Shown here: positions 9,619 through 19,396 of the stretch, one piece after another
How the letters are laid out: the number at the start of each line of letters is the position of its first letter
Numbering within the stretch: position 1 is the stretch's first letter
Assembly (NCBI GenBank): GCA_965116905.1
Contig: OZ220732.1
Location: 32,001 to 96,000, forward strand
DNA length: 64,000 bases
From: Longimicrobiales bacterium
GTDB lineage: Bacteria; Gemmatimonadota; Gemmatimonadetes; Longimicrobiales; Gaopeijiaceae
Reading direction: 5' to 3'
Translations under genes and position numbers: made by a program
The notes under the pieces: model-generated
What the model was told of the DNA's origin: nothing
What the model saw: only the letters and a program-made list of their open reading frames with translations
Databases searched by the model: none

Positions 9619-10719
9619 ATGCCGACCCTCGTCTTCACCGTCGTCACCCTGGTCGGGACTGCGACCCTGGCTTCCGTCCGCACCCTGCGTCCCGACCGCG
9701 AGGCAAAAGGACTGACCGAGGTCTGCGTCCTCCTGGCGGCCTACGGCGCCGTCGACGGACCGGTCGGAATGGGATTCGTATTGCAACTTCAATACGGGCC
9801 CGATCTCGCGAATCTGCCTCCATTCATCGGCGGCGCGCTCATGGGAGCGCTGCTCGCAATACTGGTCGCGGGGGGAATGTGGCTTGCCACTGCGCTGGCC
9901 CTTTGGGTGCTCCGCCGTCCTCTCGAACTGCCCACCAGGCGGATTGGTGTGCGTATGGCGGTCCTTCTCGTCGCCGCCTTCGCCCTCGTGTTCGGCTCGG
10001 GGATGGCCCTCCTGGAAGCCGTGGAAGACCGTAGCGCGGGGCTCCTGTGGGTCGGCATGGGCCTGTTCTACACCCTGTTCTTCGTGGCCCAGTCGTTCGT
10101 GGTGCCCTGGCTGACGTTCCTTCGGTTGCCGCGCCTGGCCGAGTCGTCCGATTCCGGAGATCTGCAGGCCTGGGTGGATGACGTCATGACCCGGCACGGC
10201 AGGCGACCGATGGCGGTGCGCATACACGAGGGCGGCCTGGTGAACGCGTTCGTGCTGTGGGGGCTCCGCAGGCCGTGGCTGCTGGTCGGCGAGGGACTGC
10301 TGAAGGCGATGTCGCACAGTGAGGTGCGGGGGGTGCTCGCACATGAGGTCGCCCATCTGCTGCGAAGGGACCATGTGCGTCTGCTGCTCTCCGGACTCGG
10401 GTGGGCGGTCGGCATGACCGTATGTACCATGCTTGTGATCGCCCCGCTCTACGAGGCCGATCGCCACGTGTTCGGGGTCATTGCGACGGCGACCGCCAAC
10501 ACGCTGTACTTCGTCGCCCTGGGCGTGATGATGCGCCGCGTCGAGTACGCGACCGACCGTCTCGCAGTCGAACTCCTGGACGGAGAAGGCGCGTCGCTCG
10601 CCTCGGCTCTCGAAAAGCTCGCGACCCTGAAGAAGACGCCTCTGAAGCAGAAGGGGGCCATGCACCCGGCGGTCCAGGATCGGATCGAGGCGATAGACAA
10701 AATATCGCTCCTTGCATAA
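9619..10719 (+). CDS. M48 (HtpX-like) membrane zinc metalloprotease
   Basis: Multiple TM segments; VNAF, VLAHEVAH, EYATD, HPAVQDRI. Confidence 0.85.
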   Translation: MPTLVFTVVTLVGTATLASVRTLRPDREAKGLTEVCVLLAAYGAVDGPVGMGFVLQLQYGPDLANLPPFIGGALMGALLAILVAGGMWLATALALWVLRRPLELPTRRIGVRMAVLLVAAFALVFGSGMALLEAVEDRSAGLLWVGMGLFYTLFFVAQSFVVPWLTFLRLPRLAESSDSGDLQAWVDDVMTRHGRRPMAVRIHEGGLVNAFVLWGLRRPWLLVGEGLLKAMSHSEVRGVLAHEVAHLLRRDHVRLLLSGLGWAVGMTVCTMLVIAPLYEADRHVFGVIATATANTLYFVALGVMMRRVEYATDRLAVELLDGEGASLASALEKLATLKKTPLKQKGAMHPAVQDRIEAIDKISLLA

Positions 10720-10776
10720 TGAATGCGAAATGTCTACACTATGCTTTCGTCATTCCAGCACGGAGGCGCGGCACCA

Positions 10777-11181
10777 ATGGGCGTACTCACCATTCGCAAC
10801 GTCGACGACGAGGTGATCGCCGCGCTCAAGGCGCGTGCCAAGGCGAATCACCGCTCGCTGGAGGGTGAACTTCGCCACCTGCTGAGCCGCTTTGCGACCC
10901 CCCACTCCAACCTCGGCCTGATGCGTGAGCGGGCTCGCGCCGCCTACGGTGCGCCGCCGGCAGCCCAACACCCTACGCCCGACTCACCGTCCGAGGCCAC
11001 CGATCCACCTCCGGACGCCGCGGCCGAGCGAGTGGAATGGCTGGGCGCGATGCGGGATGTCACCGCGATCAAGGGCGACATTATCTCGCCTGTGTCCGAG
11101 CTGTCCGACTGGGACGTGTACCGTTCGGACGCGACATTCGGGGAGGAGTCCAGCGAAGAGGAGGGCGACGAGCCGTCGTGA
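10777..11181 (+). CDS. FitA/Arc-like RHH antitoxin with extended C-terminus
   Basis: GVLTIRNVDDEVIAALKARAKANHRSLEGELR; GGAGG RBS; overlaps downstream vapC. Confidence 0.8.
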   Translation: MGVLTIRNVDDEVIAALKARAKANHRSLEGELRHLLSRFATPHSNLGLMRERARAAYGAPPAAQHPTPDSPSEATDPPPDAAAERVEWLGAMRDVTAIKGDIISPVSELSDWDVYRSDATFGEESSEEEGDEPS

Positions 11182-11573
11182 CCCTGCTGCTGGACACCCA
11201 CATCTGGATCTGGAGCGTAGGGAGCCCGGCTCGCATCTCGACCAGTGCCCGCGACGCTCTGTCGAACCCGGCAAACACATTGGCGCTTTCCCCTGTGACC
11301 GTCTGGGAGGCGCTTCTTCTCGCGGAGAAGGGCCGGGTGGATCTTGCTCCCGATCCCTGGAGCTGGATCCGCATGGCCCTCGCGAACAGGACCATGCGGG
11401 AGTTCCCCCTGACGCACGAAGTCGCGCTCCGCAGCCGCAGCGTCCGCCTTCCCCATGACGACCCGGCCGACCGCTTCATCGCGGCGACCGCCATGGTTCA
11501 CGGGCTCACGCTGGTGACCGCCGACAGGACACTCCTCGGCTGTCCCGATATCAGGGTGTTGCCGGGCGCCTGA
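11178..11573 (+). CDS. vapC: VapC PIN-domain toxin
   Basis: LLLDTHIWIW, SPVTVWE, HDDPADRFIAATA, LVTAD. Confidence 0.92.
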   Translation: MTLLLDTHIWIWSVGSPARISTSARDALSNPANTLALSPVTVWEALLLAEKGRVDLAPDPWSWIRMALANRTMREFPLTHEVALRSRSVRLPHDDPADRFIAATAMVHGLTLVTADRTLLGCPDIRVLPGA

Positions 11574-11588
11574 CGGCGCAGGCGCCCG
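11563..11588. terminator. GC hairpin between convergent genes
   Basis: CGGGCGCCTG / CAGGCGCCCG 10-bp inverted repeat; no U-tract. Confidence 0.4.
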
Positions 11589-11597
11589 TGCGCCCCG

Positions 11598-14048
11598 TCA
11601 GCCCGCCGGGTCCAGCACCGCGTCGATGCGCGCGATCGCGTCCTCGAAGTGGAGCCGCGTGGCTCTGTGGGACGTGCCGCCGAAGGCGGCCGCAAGCTCA
11701 CCGCGGAGAGCGCCGAGCTGGCCGCGCGCAAACGGGACCACGTCGGACTGCATCGCCTCTTCTTCCTCCATCAACTCGGCCATTCGCGCGAGCCAGGCAC
11801 GCTGGAGGTTGCGCCGGTAGGCGTCCGTGGCGCGGCCCGAGCCGACCTCGGACCACACGCCCGTGCGCAGATCGTCCAGCATCTCGCCCAGCGAGTAGGC
11901 GTCGTCGCCGTTGAAGGCCTCCTGCTCCACCAGCCGCTTCATGCGGTCGACGTTGAGCACCTGGTTCAGCGCCTGCGTCTGGCGGGTCCGCACGAGTTCG
12001 ACGGCGCCGGTCCCCTGGAAGCGGTCCAGGATGTCGGCCTCCAGCAGCCACTCGGGGGTCGCGAAGACCTGCCGATTCAGGTATTCCAGCGCCCGCTCCT
12101 GACGATCGCGGTCGACCATCTGGTAGGGGACGCCGTCCTGTCCCTGGCGCTTCCGCGTGCGCACGACGCCGCCCACGTTGGCGACCACGTGCCCGGTGTA
12201 GCGGCCCCACTGGCCCACGACGTTGTTGTAGAGCTCCTGGAGCTGGGCGTAGTCCTCGCCCTCTTCGTAGGTCCAGTCGGTCAGGTTGTCGACGATGCGC
12301 TTGAGGTTCTCGACTCCGTAGTCGGACGCGCGCATGGCGTCGTCGCCGATGGCCTCGGTGAGCGCGGAAGGATCGGAGCCGGTCGGGCTCGAGAAGTGGT
12401 AGACGGGGTCCTCCTGCATCTCGGCCACCAGCGCGCGCAGGTCCTCGCGCTCGGTCAGGCGGTCCTTGCCGGGGAAGTAGGTGTAGCCCCACTGAATGGC
12501 GAACTTGTCGTAGGGTCCGACGAGCGGCATGTAGCAGGTGTCGTCGCCGGGCTGCGCGACGTAGTTGAAGCGCGCGTAGTCCATGATCGAGGGCGCGACG
12601 CCCATCTCGCAGACGAAGCGGGTGCGCAGGTCCTCGACCGAATAGGCGGCCGACGCCTGCATGTTGTGCTGAAGCCCGATCGTGTGTCCGACCTCGTGCG
12701 CCGAGACGAAGCGGATGAGCTCGCCCATCACCTCGTCGTCGAACTCGATTCCGCGGGCGTCCTCGTTGGCCGGCGCGGTCTGCACGAAGAACCAGTTCCG
12801 CAGCAGGTTCATCACGTTGTGGTACCACTGGATGTCGCTCTCGAGGATCTCGCCGGTGCGCGGGTCGTGCACGTGCGGACCCGACGCGTTCTGGATCGGC
12901 GAGGCCAGGTAGCGGATCACCGAGTAGCGCGCGTCCTCGGGGCTCCAGTCGGGGTCGTCGGTTGGCGCGTCGGCGGCGATGATCGCGTTGCTGAAGCCGG
13001 CCTGCTCGAACGCGACCTGCCAGTCCACGACGCCCTGCTTCAGGTAGGGCACCCACTTGGGCGGCGTGGCCGGGTCGATGTAGTAGACGATCGGCTTGAC
13101 CGGATCGACCAGTTCGCCGCGCGCGTGGGCCTCGGGGTCGCTGGGCTCCAGCCGCCACCGCGTGACGAGGCAGCGGGTGACCGCGCGCTGTTCGTCCAGG
13201 CCGTAGTCGATCTGGCTGGTGCTGAAGAACCCGACGCGCTCGTCGCAGAGGCGGGGTTCCATGGGGTCGTCGGGGAGCAGAAGCATCGAGTGGTGCATCT
13301 CCATCGACAGCGTGTTGCTGGCGGCGTTCGAAGGAGCCTCGGTGGCGTCGTAGGTCAGGACGCGACGGACCTCGACGTTCGTGGGGAACGCGTTCGCGCG
13401 CACCACGTAGGTGCGGTCGGCGTCCACCCGCCGAACGCCGTACGCCTGGCGCCGGAAGCTCTGCAGGCCGAGCAGGGTGACGTCCTCGGTGAAGAGGTCG
13501 GTCACTTCCACGACCAGGGCGGTCGAATCCTCGTTCATCACCTCCACGTCGAAGGCCATGATGATCGGCTCGAAATTCGAGTTGCGGACGGCCCCCGCGA
13601 TCGCCGTGGTATCGTCGGCGACGTTCTCGTAGCTGACCAGGCGCAGCAGGACACGGTCGCCGTCGTGTTCCCAGCGGACGGTCGAGGTGTTCGCCTTGGA
13701 GCCGCCGTAACCGGCGCCGTCGGGGGTGCGCGCGATGCGGGTCAGCAGCAGCATCTCTCGGCCGATCATGTCGAGCGGGATCTCGTAGAAGAGGTCGCGG
13801 TCGATCATGTGGGTGTCGAAGAGGCCCTCGCTGGTGATCGCGTCTTCGGTGATGACATCGGAGTAGGAGGTGGTCGTGTCCTGGGCCTCTTCGTCGCCGG
13901 CGGCTTCTTCCTGCTCCTGGGGGACCGGGGCGGGCAGCGGTGCGGCGAACGGGACGGCGAACAGTGCGGCGTTCAGATCGGAGGGCGTGACGAGGAGCCA
14001 GGAGCCAAGGATCAGTGACGCGAGTGTCGAGGTGGTCGCGCTACGCAT
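11598..14048 (-). CDS. Secreted zinc-dependent metalloprotease (metzincin; DUF5117/DUF4953-type)
   Basis: Signal peptide; DERVGFF, RWRLEP, KPIVYYID, DPRTGEILES, HEVGHTIGLQHN, SIMDY Met-turn. Confidence 0.9.
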   Translation of the reverse strand: MRSATTSTLASLILGSWLLVTPSDLNAALFAVPFAAPLPAPVPQEQEEAAGDEEAQDTTTSYSDVITEDAITSEGLFDTHMIDRDLFYEIPLDMIGREMLLLTRIARTPDGAGYGGSKANTSTVRWEHDGDRVLLRLVSYENVADDTTAIAGAVRNSNFEPIIMAFDVEVMNEDSTALVVEVTDLFTEDVTLLGLQSFRRQAYGVRRVDADRTYVVRANAFPTNVEVRRVLTYDATEAPSNAASNTLSMEMHHSMLLLPDDPMEPRLCDERVGFFSTSQIDYGLDEQRAVTRCLVTRWRLEPSDPEAHARGELVDPVKPIVYYIDPATPPKWVPYLKQGVVDWQVAFEQAGFSNAIIAADAPTDDPDWSPEDARYSVIRYLASPIQNASGPHVHDPRTGEILESDIQWYHNVMNLLRNWFFVQTAPANEDARGIEFDDEVMGELIRFVSAHEVGHTIGLQHNMQASAAYSVEDLRTRFVCEMGVAPSIMDYARFNYVAQPGDDTCYMPLVGPYDKFAIQWGYTYFPGKDRLTEREDLRALVAEMQEDPVYHFSSPTGSDPSALTEAIGDDAMRASDYGVENLKRIVDNLTDWTYEEGEDYAQLQELYNNVVGQWGRYTGHVVANVGGVVRTRKRQGQDGVPYQMVDRDRQERALEYLNRQVFATPEWLLEADILDRFQGTGAVELVRTRQTQALNQVLNVDRMKRLVEQEAFNGDDAYSLGEMLDDLRTGVWSEVGSGRATDAYRRNLQRAWLARMAELMEEEEAMQSDVVPFARGQLGALRGELAAAFGGTSHRATRLHFEDAIARIDAVLDPAG

Positions 14049-14175
14049 GGTCTTTCCTTCTGTCGGTGAGGTTTGGGGCCCTGCGGCGGGCGGATGGCGG
14101 CATCAGCGGCGCGGGCCGCTGCCCAGGGGGTCCTACAGTACGGAGCCCGGCAGGCACGGGCCAGCGGGGGAGGGT

Positions 14176-15936
14176 CTAGTATTCCATCCCAACCCGCCCG
14201 AACTCCGCACGGAAGAGCGCCCGGGTGTTCGGATCGAGACGGACATCCGACGGTTCGGCCGGAACCGGGATGACGATGCGGCTCACACCGGGTCCCACGT
14301 CGATGGCGGTGACCTGCGCCGGCAGCGCTTCGCCGTCCAGGTAGACGCCAACATCGAGCGGAAACCGGAAGCGGCCCACTGCCTGCACCTGGCGCAGCTC
14401 GACCTCCACCGCCCCCGCAGCGGCATCGTATCGCCACGAGCCCGCCAGCCGCGGGTTCCCGCCCTGCCGCAGCCACTGGTCGAAGAACGCCTGCAGGTTG
14501 TCGTTGGATGCTTCCTCCATGGCGCGCATGAATTCGTCGGTGGTCGCGGTCCCGTTGAAGTGGCGCGCGTAGTAGAGCCGGATGCCGCGCCAGAAGGCTT
14601 CGTCGCCGAGCCGGCTGCGGAGCATGTGGAGCACCCAGGCCCCCTTCTGGTAGGTCGCGATGCTGGTCACCCGCGACATGTCGGTGAGGTTGTCGTGGAC
14701 GATACGGTAGTCGGGGTTTTCGTCGTACCAGCGCCATACGCGGTCCGCAGCCTCCCTGAGCCCCGCCACGAAGTCGTCGCGCCCGTACGCGTGTTCGCGG
14801 AAGAGCAGCGTGAAGTACGTCGCGAAGCCCTCGCTCAGCCACACGTCGTCCCACTCGGACTCGGTCACCGAATTGCCGAACCACTGGTGCGCGATTTCGT
14901 GGATGACCACGTTGCGCCACCGCACCGAACGCTCGCCCGTGACCGAGTTCTCGCCGTACATGAGCGCGGTCGCCGCCTCCATTCCGCCGCCCGTCGCCGG
15001 CGAGGTGATGTTGGCGAGCTTCTCGTACGCGAAGGGGCCCACGTACGCGTCGTAGAAGTGGAGGACTTCCATGGTGGGGACGGCGAAGTCGTGGAAGCCC
15101 GCGTCCCGGTCGCGCGCGTACACCCAGGTCTGCACCGGCAGGCCATTGAACTCGCCCAGGTGCTGCACGGCGAACCGGGCCACGCCCACCACGTAGAGCC
15201 ACGGTGAAATCGCTACCGACTGCCGCCAGTGGGTCAGCCGCATGCCGCCGTCGACGTCGGTTTCCTCCAGCAGTCGGCCGTTCGACACAACCTGGTAGTG
15301 GGCGGGCGCGGTGACGATGAACTCGCACGTCGCCTTGTCGCCGATGTGATCGACGGTGGGCAGCCAGTTGCGCGCGCGGTTCGGCCAGTTGTCGCTGAAG
15401 AAGGTGCGCTCGCCGTATTTGTTCGGGCCGATGCGGAGGCCGGATGCGGGAATGCCGCGGTAGCCGACCGTGAACGTGGCACGGGTGCCGGCCGTGCCGG
15501 GCTCGGGAAGGCTCACGGTCAGGACGTCGTTCTCGTGGCGGTGGGCAAGCGAGTCGCGGTTGCCGGGCGGATCTCCAGCGCCGCGCGTATCTCCAACGCT
15601 GCGCGGATCCCCAGCGCCGCCGCGGGTCACGGCGACAACCTCCATGCCGCGCCCATCCTCGCCGCGCCCGATCAGGTCCAGGGGCACCTCGGTGACGCCG
15701 TCGGCGGTGAAGCGCAGGGTGACGGTGGTCCGTCCCGCGATCTCCTCCGTGTCGTCCCGCAGGGTGAGTTCGAACCTGTACGCCTCGATATCGATGCCGG
15801 GCCGGCTGGGGCCGCCGTCATGAGGTCCAGCCTGCGCGGCGAGCGAAGCCGTGCCGACGGGCAGCGTCGCGAAAAGGATCGCCAGGAGAGGTTGGATGAA
15901 GGGCGGCGCGTGTCGTGCGGTGCGACTGTGATGCAT
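14176..15936 (-). CDS. M1 family aminopeptidase
   Basis: GGMEA exopeptidase motif, HEIAHQWFGN..WLSEGFATY, YQKG. Confidence 0.92.
   Translation of the reverse strand: MHHSRTARHAPPFIQPLLAILFATLPVGTASLAAQAGPHDGGPSRPGIDIEAYRFELTLRDDTEEIAGRTTVTLRFTADGVTEVPLDLIGRGEDGRGMEVVAVTRGGAGDPRSVGDTRGAGDPPGNRDSLAHRHENDVLTVSLPEPGTAGTRATFTVGYRGIPASGLRIGPNKYGERTFFSDNWPNRARNWLPTVDHIGDKATCEFIVTAPAHYQVVSNGRLLEETDVDGGMRLTHWRQSVAISPWLYVVGVARFAVQHLGEFNGLPVQTWVYARDRDAGFHDFAVPTMEVLHFYDAYVGPFAYEKLANITSPATGGGMEAATALMYGENSVTGERSVRWRNVVIHEIAHQWFGNSVTESEWDDVWLSEGFATYFTLLFREHAYGRDDFVAGLREAADRVWRWYDENPDYRIVHDNLTDMSRVTSIATYQKGAWVLHMLRSRLGDEAFWRGIRLYYARHFNGTATTDEFMRAMEEASNDNLQAFFDQWLRQGGNPRLAGSWRYDAAAGAVEVELRQVQAVGRFRFPLDVGVYLDGEALPAQVTAIDVGPGVSRIVIPVPAEPSDVRLDPNTRALFRAEFGRVGMEY
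15567..15620. repeat. 18-bp imperfect tandem repeat x3 inside M1 peptidase
   Basis: GCGGATCTCCAGCGCCGC / GCGTATCTCCAACGCTGC / GCGGATCCCCAGCGCCGC. Confidence 0.7.
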
Positions 15937-16001
15937 GGGGCCTCCTGTCGGTGAACGGGAGTGGGGTTGCGGGCGGATGTACGTCTTCCATCTTACCCAA
16001 C

Positions 16002-17939
16002 ATGAAGACCCTCCGCGTCGGTGATCGCCTCGCCGTCCCCGCGGTCGTCGCCGTCCTCGCCCCGCTCGCGCTGGCGTCGTGCGGCGGCGACGGCGACCAG
16101 GTCACCCCCGATGCCCCCGCCGCCCTGGTGATCCACTCGGGAGACGGGCAGACCGCCGGTACGGGAACCGAGGCCGCGGAGCCGGTGCGAGTGCGGGTGA
16201 CGGCGCAATCCGGCAGCGGGCTGAGCGGCGTCCCGGTGGCGTTTCAGGTCACGGTCGGCGGGGGCTCGGTGCCGTCGTCCACCGCCGTGACCGACGCCAA
16301 CGGGATCGCGTCGCCGGGCCGCTGGACCATGGGCGCGCCCGGGCCCCAGGAGTTGCGCGCGAGCGTGCCCGGGCTGGATCCGGTCGTGTTCCGCGCCACC
16401 GCGCAGGGGATCCCGGCAGAGATCGCGATCGTCGCAGGGGCCGACCAGCAGGCACCCGTCGCGACCGCGGTCCCCGTGGTGCCCGAGGTGCTCGTCACCG
16501 ACGCCAGCGGCGTGCCGCTGTCCGGCATTTCGGTGGTGTTTGCAACCGGGATGGGCGCCTCGGTGGCCAATCCCGATGCGCTTACCAACGCCCAGGGCCG
16601 CGCCAGCCCCGGCGCATGGACGCTCGGTACCTCAACCGGGGTCTACCAGTTGTTCGCAAGCGTGGACGGCGACGGCATCACCGGAAACCCGATCCGCTTC
16701 GAAGCCGTGGCGGTGGCCGGGCCCGCCGCGCGCGTGGTGGCTGTCGAAGGCGACGGGCAGGAGTCGGAGACCACGCTGCCCGTGCGGATCGCGCCCCGGG
16801 TCCGGGTCGAGGACGCGCACGGCAATCCCACCGCGGGCGTCACCGTCAACTTCTCCGCGAGCGGCGACAGCGAAGTCATACCGACGGAAACGATGACCGA
16901 CTCGGCCGGGCATGCCGCAGTCGACAAATGGGTCCTCGGAACCACGGCCGGAGCGACGTACAGGCTCACCGCGAGCGTAGCCGACGTGGCCGGCGTGCCC
17001 GGCAACGTGGACCCTCTGGTCTTCACCGCGACCGCGACGCCAGCCGTATACGACATCGAAATCGTTCATGTGAGTGCTTCGCTTCTGACCGAGTCGCAGC
17101 GCCAGGCCTTCGAGAAGGCGGAGGAGTACTGGGAGCGTGCGATCACGGGGAACCTGGCCTGGAGCACGGTCCGCAAGCCGGCCCTCGAGCATTGCCTCGC
17201 AAGGAACGACATCACCGAGGAGATCCCTGGCGACCGCGTGGTGGACGACCTGCTGATCTACGTCCAGATCAAGGAAATCGACGGTCCGGCGGGCGTCTTC
17301 GGCGGAGCCGGTCCGTGTCAGATCCGCGTGGGCAACTCACTGCCCGTGGTCGGCGTGATGTTCTTCGACCTGGGCGACATGGAGGGCCTCGAGTCCAACG
17401 GCCACCTGGAGGGCACCATCCTCCATGAGATGGCGCACGTGATCGGGTTCGGGACCCTTTGGGACCACCTCGGCCTGCTGCAGGATCCGGCCGGACACGG
17501 GCGAAGCGCGGACACCCGTTTCGTCGGCGACTCGGCGGTCGCGGCCTTCGATCGGATCCGCGGTGACTATTACCCGGACAGCGACCTCGTGCCGGTGCAG
17601 AGCGTGGGCGGCGAGGGCGTGTGGAACGGCCACTGGAGCGAGTTCGTCTTCCGATCCGAACTCATGACCCCCTTCCCCGACCGCGGCCACAATCCACTGA
17701 GCGTGGTCAGCCTGGCGTCGTTTGTGGACGTGGGGTACGAGGGCGTCGACTACAGCACGGCGGACGAATTCGTGCTGCCGCCTCCGCTCTACCCCGTGGC
17801 GAAGGATGCACGGGCGGGCGCCCGGGAGAGCCCCCAGGAAGGCGCGATCGATCTCGGCGACCACATCCTGCGGATGCCGCTCATGGTCGTGGACCGGGAC
17901 GGCAATGTCGTCAGGGTGATTCCGGTGGAAGGGCGTTGA
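16002..17939 (+). CDS. Lipoprotein with Ig-like (Big_1-type) repeats and leishmanolysin-like (M8) zinc metallopeptidase domain
   Basis: LASC lipobox; three GD.Q...V.V.D..G.P..G..V.F...TD..G.A....W.LG units; IDGPAG..GGAGPC, LHEMAHVIGFG, GHWSE..F.SELMT. Confidence 0.82.
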   Translation: MKTLRVGDRLAVPAVVAVLAPLALASCGGDGDQVTPDAPAALVIHSGDGQTAGTGTEAAEPVRVRVTAQSGSGLSGVPVAFQVTVGGGSVPSSTAVTDANGIASPGRWTMGAPGPQELRASVPGLDPVVFRATAQGIPAEIAIVAGADQQAPVATAVPVVPEVLVTDASGVPLSGISVVFATGMGASVANPDALTNAQGRASPGAWTLGTSTGVYQLFASVDGDGITGNPIRFEAVAVAGPAARVVAVEGDGQESETTLPVRIAPRVRVEDAHGNPTAGVTVNFSASGDSEVIPTETMTDSAGHAAVDKWVLGTTAGATYRLTASVADVAGVPGNVDPLVFTATATPAVYDIEIVHVSASLLTESQRQAFEKAEEYWERAITGNLAWSTVRKPALEHCLARNDITEEIPGDRVVDDLLIYVQIKEIDGPAGVFGGAGPCQIRVGNSLPVVGVMFFDLGDMEGLESNGHLEGTILHEMAHVIGFGTLWDHLGLLQDPAGHGRSADTRFVGDSAVAAFDRIRGDYYPDSDLVPVQSVGGEGVWNGHWSEFVFRSELMTPFPDRGHNPLSVVSLASFVDVGYEGVDYSTADEFVLPPPLYPVAKDARAGARESPQEGAIDLGDHILRMPLMVVDRDGNVVRVIPVEGR

Positions 17940-17976
17940 CGCGGACGGCTTGCGTGCGTGGACGGGCTCAGCCTGA

Positions 17977-17999
17977 CGTTACGTCATGGTCAAGGGGGG
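17977..17999 (+). repeat. attL candidate
   Basis: CGTTACGTCATGGTCAAGGGGGG; 21/23 identical to 36016-36038. Confidence 0.8.
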
Positions 18000-18116
18000 A
18001 GGGGATCAAGGCAAGGAATCGTCCAAGTTGAACTGGGACTGCACGATCTGCCATCCTTGCCGTTGGAGCGCGTCCCATCCCACCCGCGCGTAACAGCGGG
18101 AGAATCGTACCAGAAT

Positions 18117-18129
18117 GGCGGGAATCCTG
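18117..18129 (+). repeat. Putative integrase arm-type site (left)
   Basis: GGCGGGAATCCTG identical to 35946-35958; AGCGGGA just upstream at both ends. Confidence 0.55.
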
Positions 18130-18173
18130 GAATCTCCCGTTGCGGTCCCGCCTCCCGTCGCACCTTCCCCGGC

Positions 18174-18941
18174 TCAGCTCTCGTCCCCTCCTTCGGCGAC
18201 GCTTGGCTTGAGCCGCTCGCTAATGATCCTCGCGGTCCTTCTGAGGTTCCAGATGGCTCCCAAGTCTTCGTCCGCGTCCCCTCCGATCTTCGCCAGAAAC
18301 GCTATCGCGACATCACGGTCAAATGACCTGGTCTCGCTCGTCGGATCTATCTTGGATTCGATGAAGAGCCCGGCTTCGACCAGCGATTCGAGACGTCCCA
18401 CGAACTGCGCGGTTCTCATCTCGTTGATGACTTCGTTCATCAGGTGGCTATTCCAGAAGCCCATTTCCACGACGTTCAGAGCGGCGTGCACAGAATCCAA
18501 CCCCGCCTTGAGATCTCCGTACCTAACCGGTCTTCCTCGCTGCCACCTGTCTCGGTGCGCGATATGATGGTTCCTCCGATCCCTGGCCGACTCTGCGTGC
18601 TTTTTCGCATCGGAAACATGTTTTTCCACCTCCTTCTGGAGGTGGGGATGCTTGCGAAGGAATCGCGGCAGGTGATGGACCGATACGCTACGCTTCCCCG
18701 TATCCGTTAGCCGGGTCAGCCTGAGAATCAGGTCGTTCGACAGCACCTCTTGAAGGTCGCCGACGAACGCGGCTCCGAGGGCGTTGAGCATGGCCACTCG
18801 CTTCTCATCCTTACCGAACATTTCCATCAGCTCTTGGTAGCGATCAAGAGCCATGGTCCATTCCTCGTGTATGGCATCGAGCATCTCACCGACCTCAGGT
18901 CCCAGCTTGTCGATGTATTTCTGTCTGGTCTTGTCCGACAT
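18174..18941 (-). CDS. HEPN-domain protein, AbiU2-like
   Basis: Helical; DLILRLTRLTD and RDRRNHHIAHRD (RNxxIAH HEPN-type motif). Confidence 0.72.
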   Translation of the reverse strand: MSDKTRQKYIDKLGPEVGEMLDAIHEEWTMALDRYQELMEMFGKDEKRVAMLNALGAAFVGDLQEVLSNDLILRLTRLTDTGKRSVSVHHLPRFLRKHPHLQKEVEKHVSDAKKHAESARDRRNHHIAHRDRWQRGRPVRYGDLKAGLDSVHAALNVVEMGFWNSHLMNEVINEMRTAQFVGRLESLVEAGLFIESKIDPTSETRSFDRDVAIAFLAKIGGDADEDLGAIWNLRRTARIISERLKPSVAEGGDES

Positions 18942-19396
18942 GGCGGTTTTCCTCTCCCTCAGCGCACGGAGTCGGGGCCCTCGGGCTACGCTCGCCGCTG
19001 ACCCGGCGAAGCAGAGTGCATGGACCGCCTTGGTGGTTGTCATCCTGGCAGGCGGTGGCGATCAGGGTTCCAAGCTAAGCTAGCGAATCTGGGGTTGCCG
19101 TCGGACGGAGACTCCACCCCTGGGTCTCGACCAACCTCCGTCAGGCCAGGATGGGCCAGCCACGCGAAGAAGCCCGTCTGCCGATTGACTCGGTCGCCCG
19201 CTCCGTGACTGCACTCGCTGGTGCCAACCAGCGCCGCCTCGTGCCTGGTAGGTTATCTTGCGAGGGCTCCCCCGCGACGCGGGCGAAGCTCATCAAAGAC
19301 CACCTCGCGACCCACGAGCGGATCGTGGACACGCGCCCGGTGCGGTTCAGTGCCCCCGAAGTTGGATTGCCACAACCAGACCTGAGAAACCGACGG

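Noticed and set aside
11649..14018. Long antisense/alternate-frame ORFs (also 149-1855, 51284-52936, 54346-56058, 61005-62924)
   Set aside because: Shadow ORFs expected in high-GC DNA opposite well-supported genes; no motifs.
17977..17999. att repeat as a dif (XerCD) site or tRNA 3' end
   Set aside because: No resemblance to the dif consensus or to a T-arm/CCA end.
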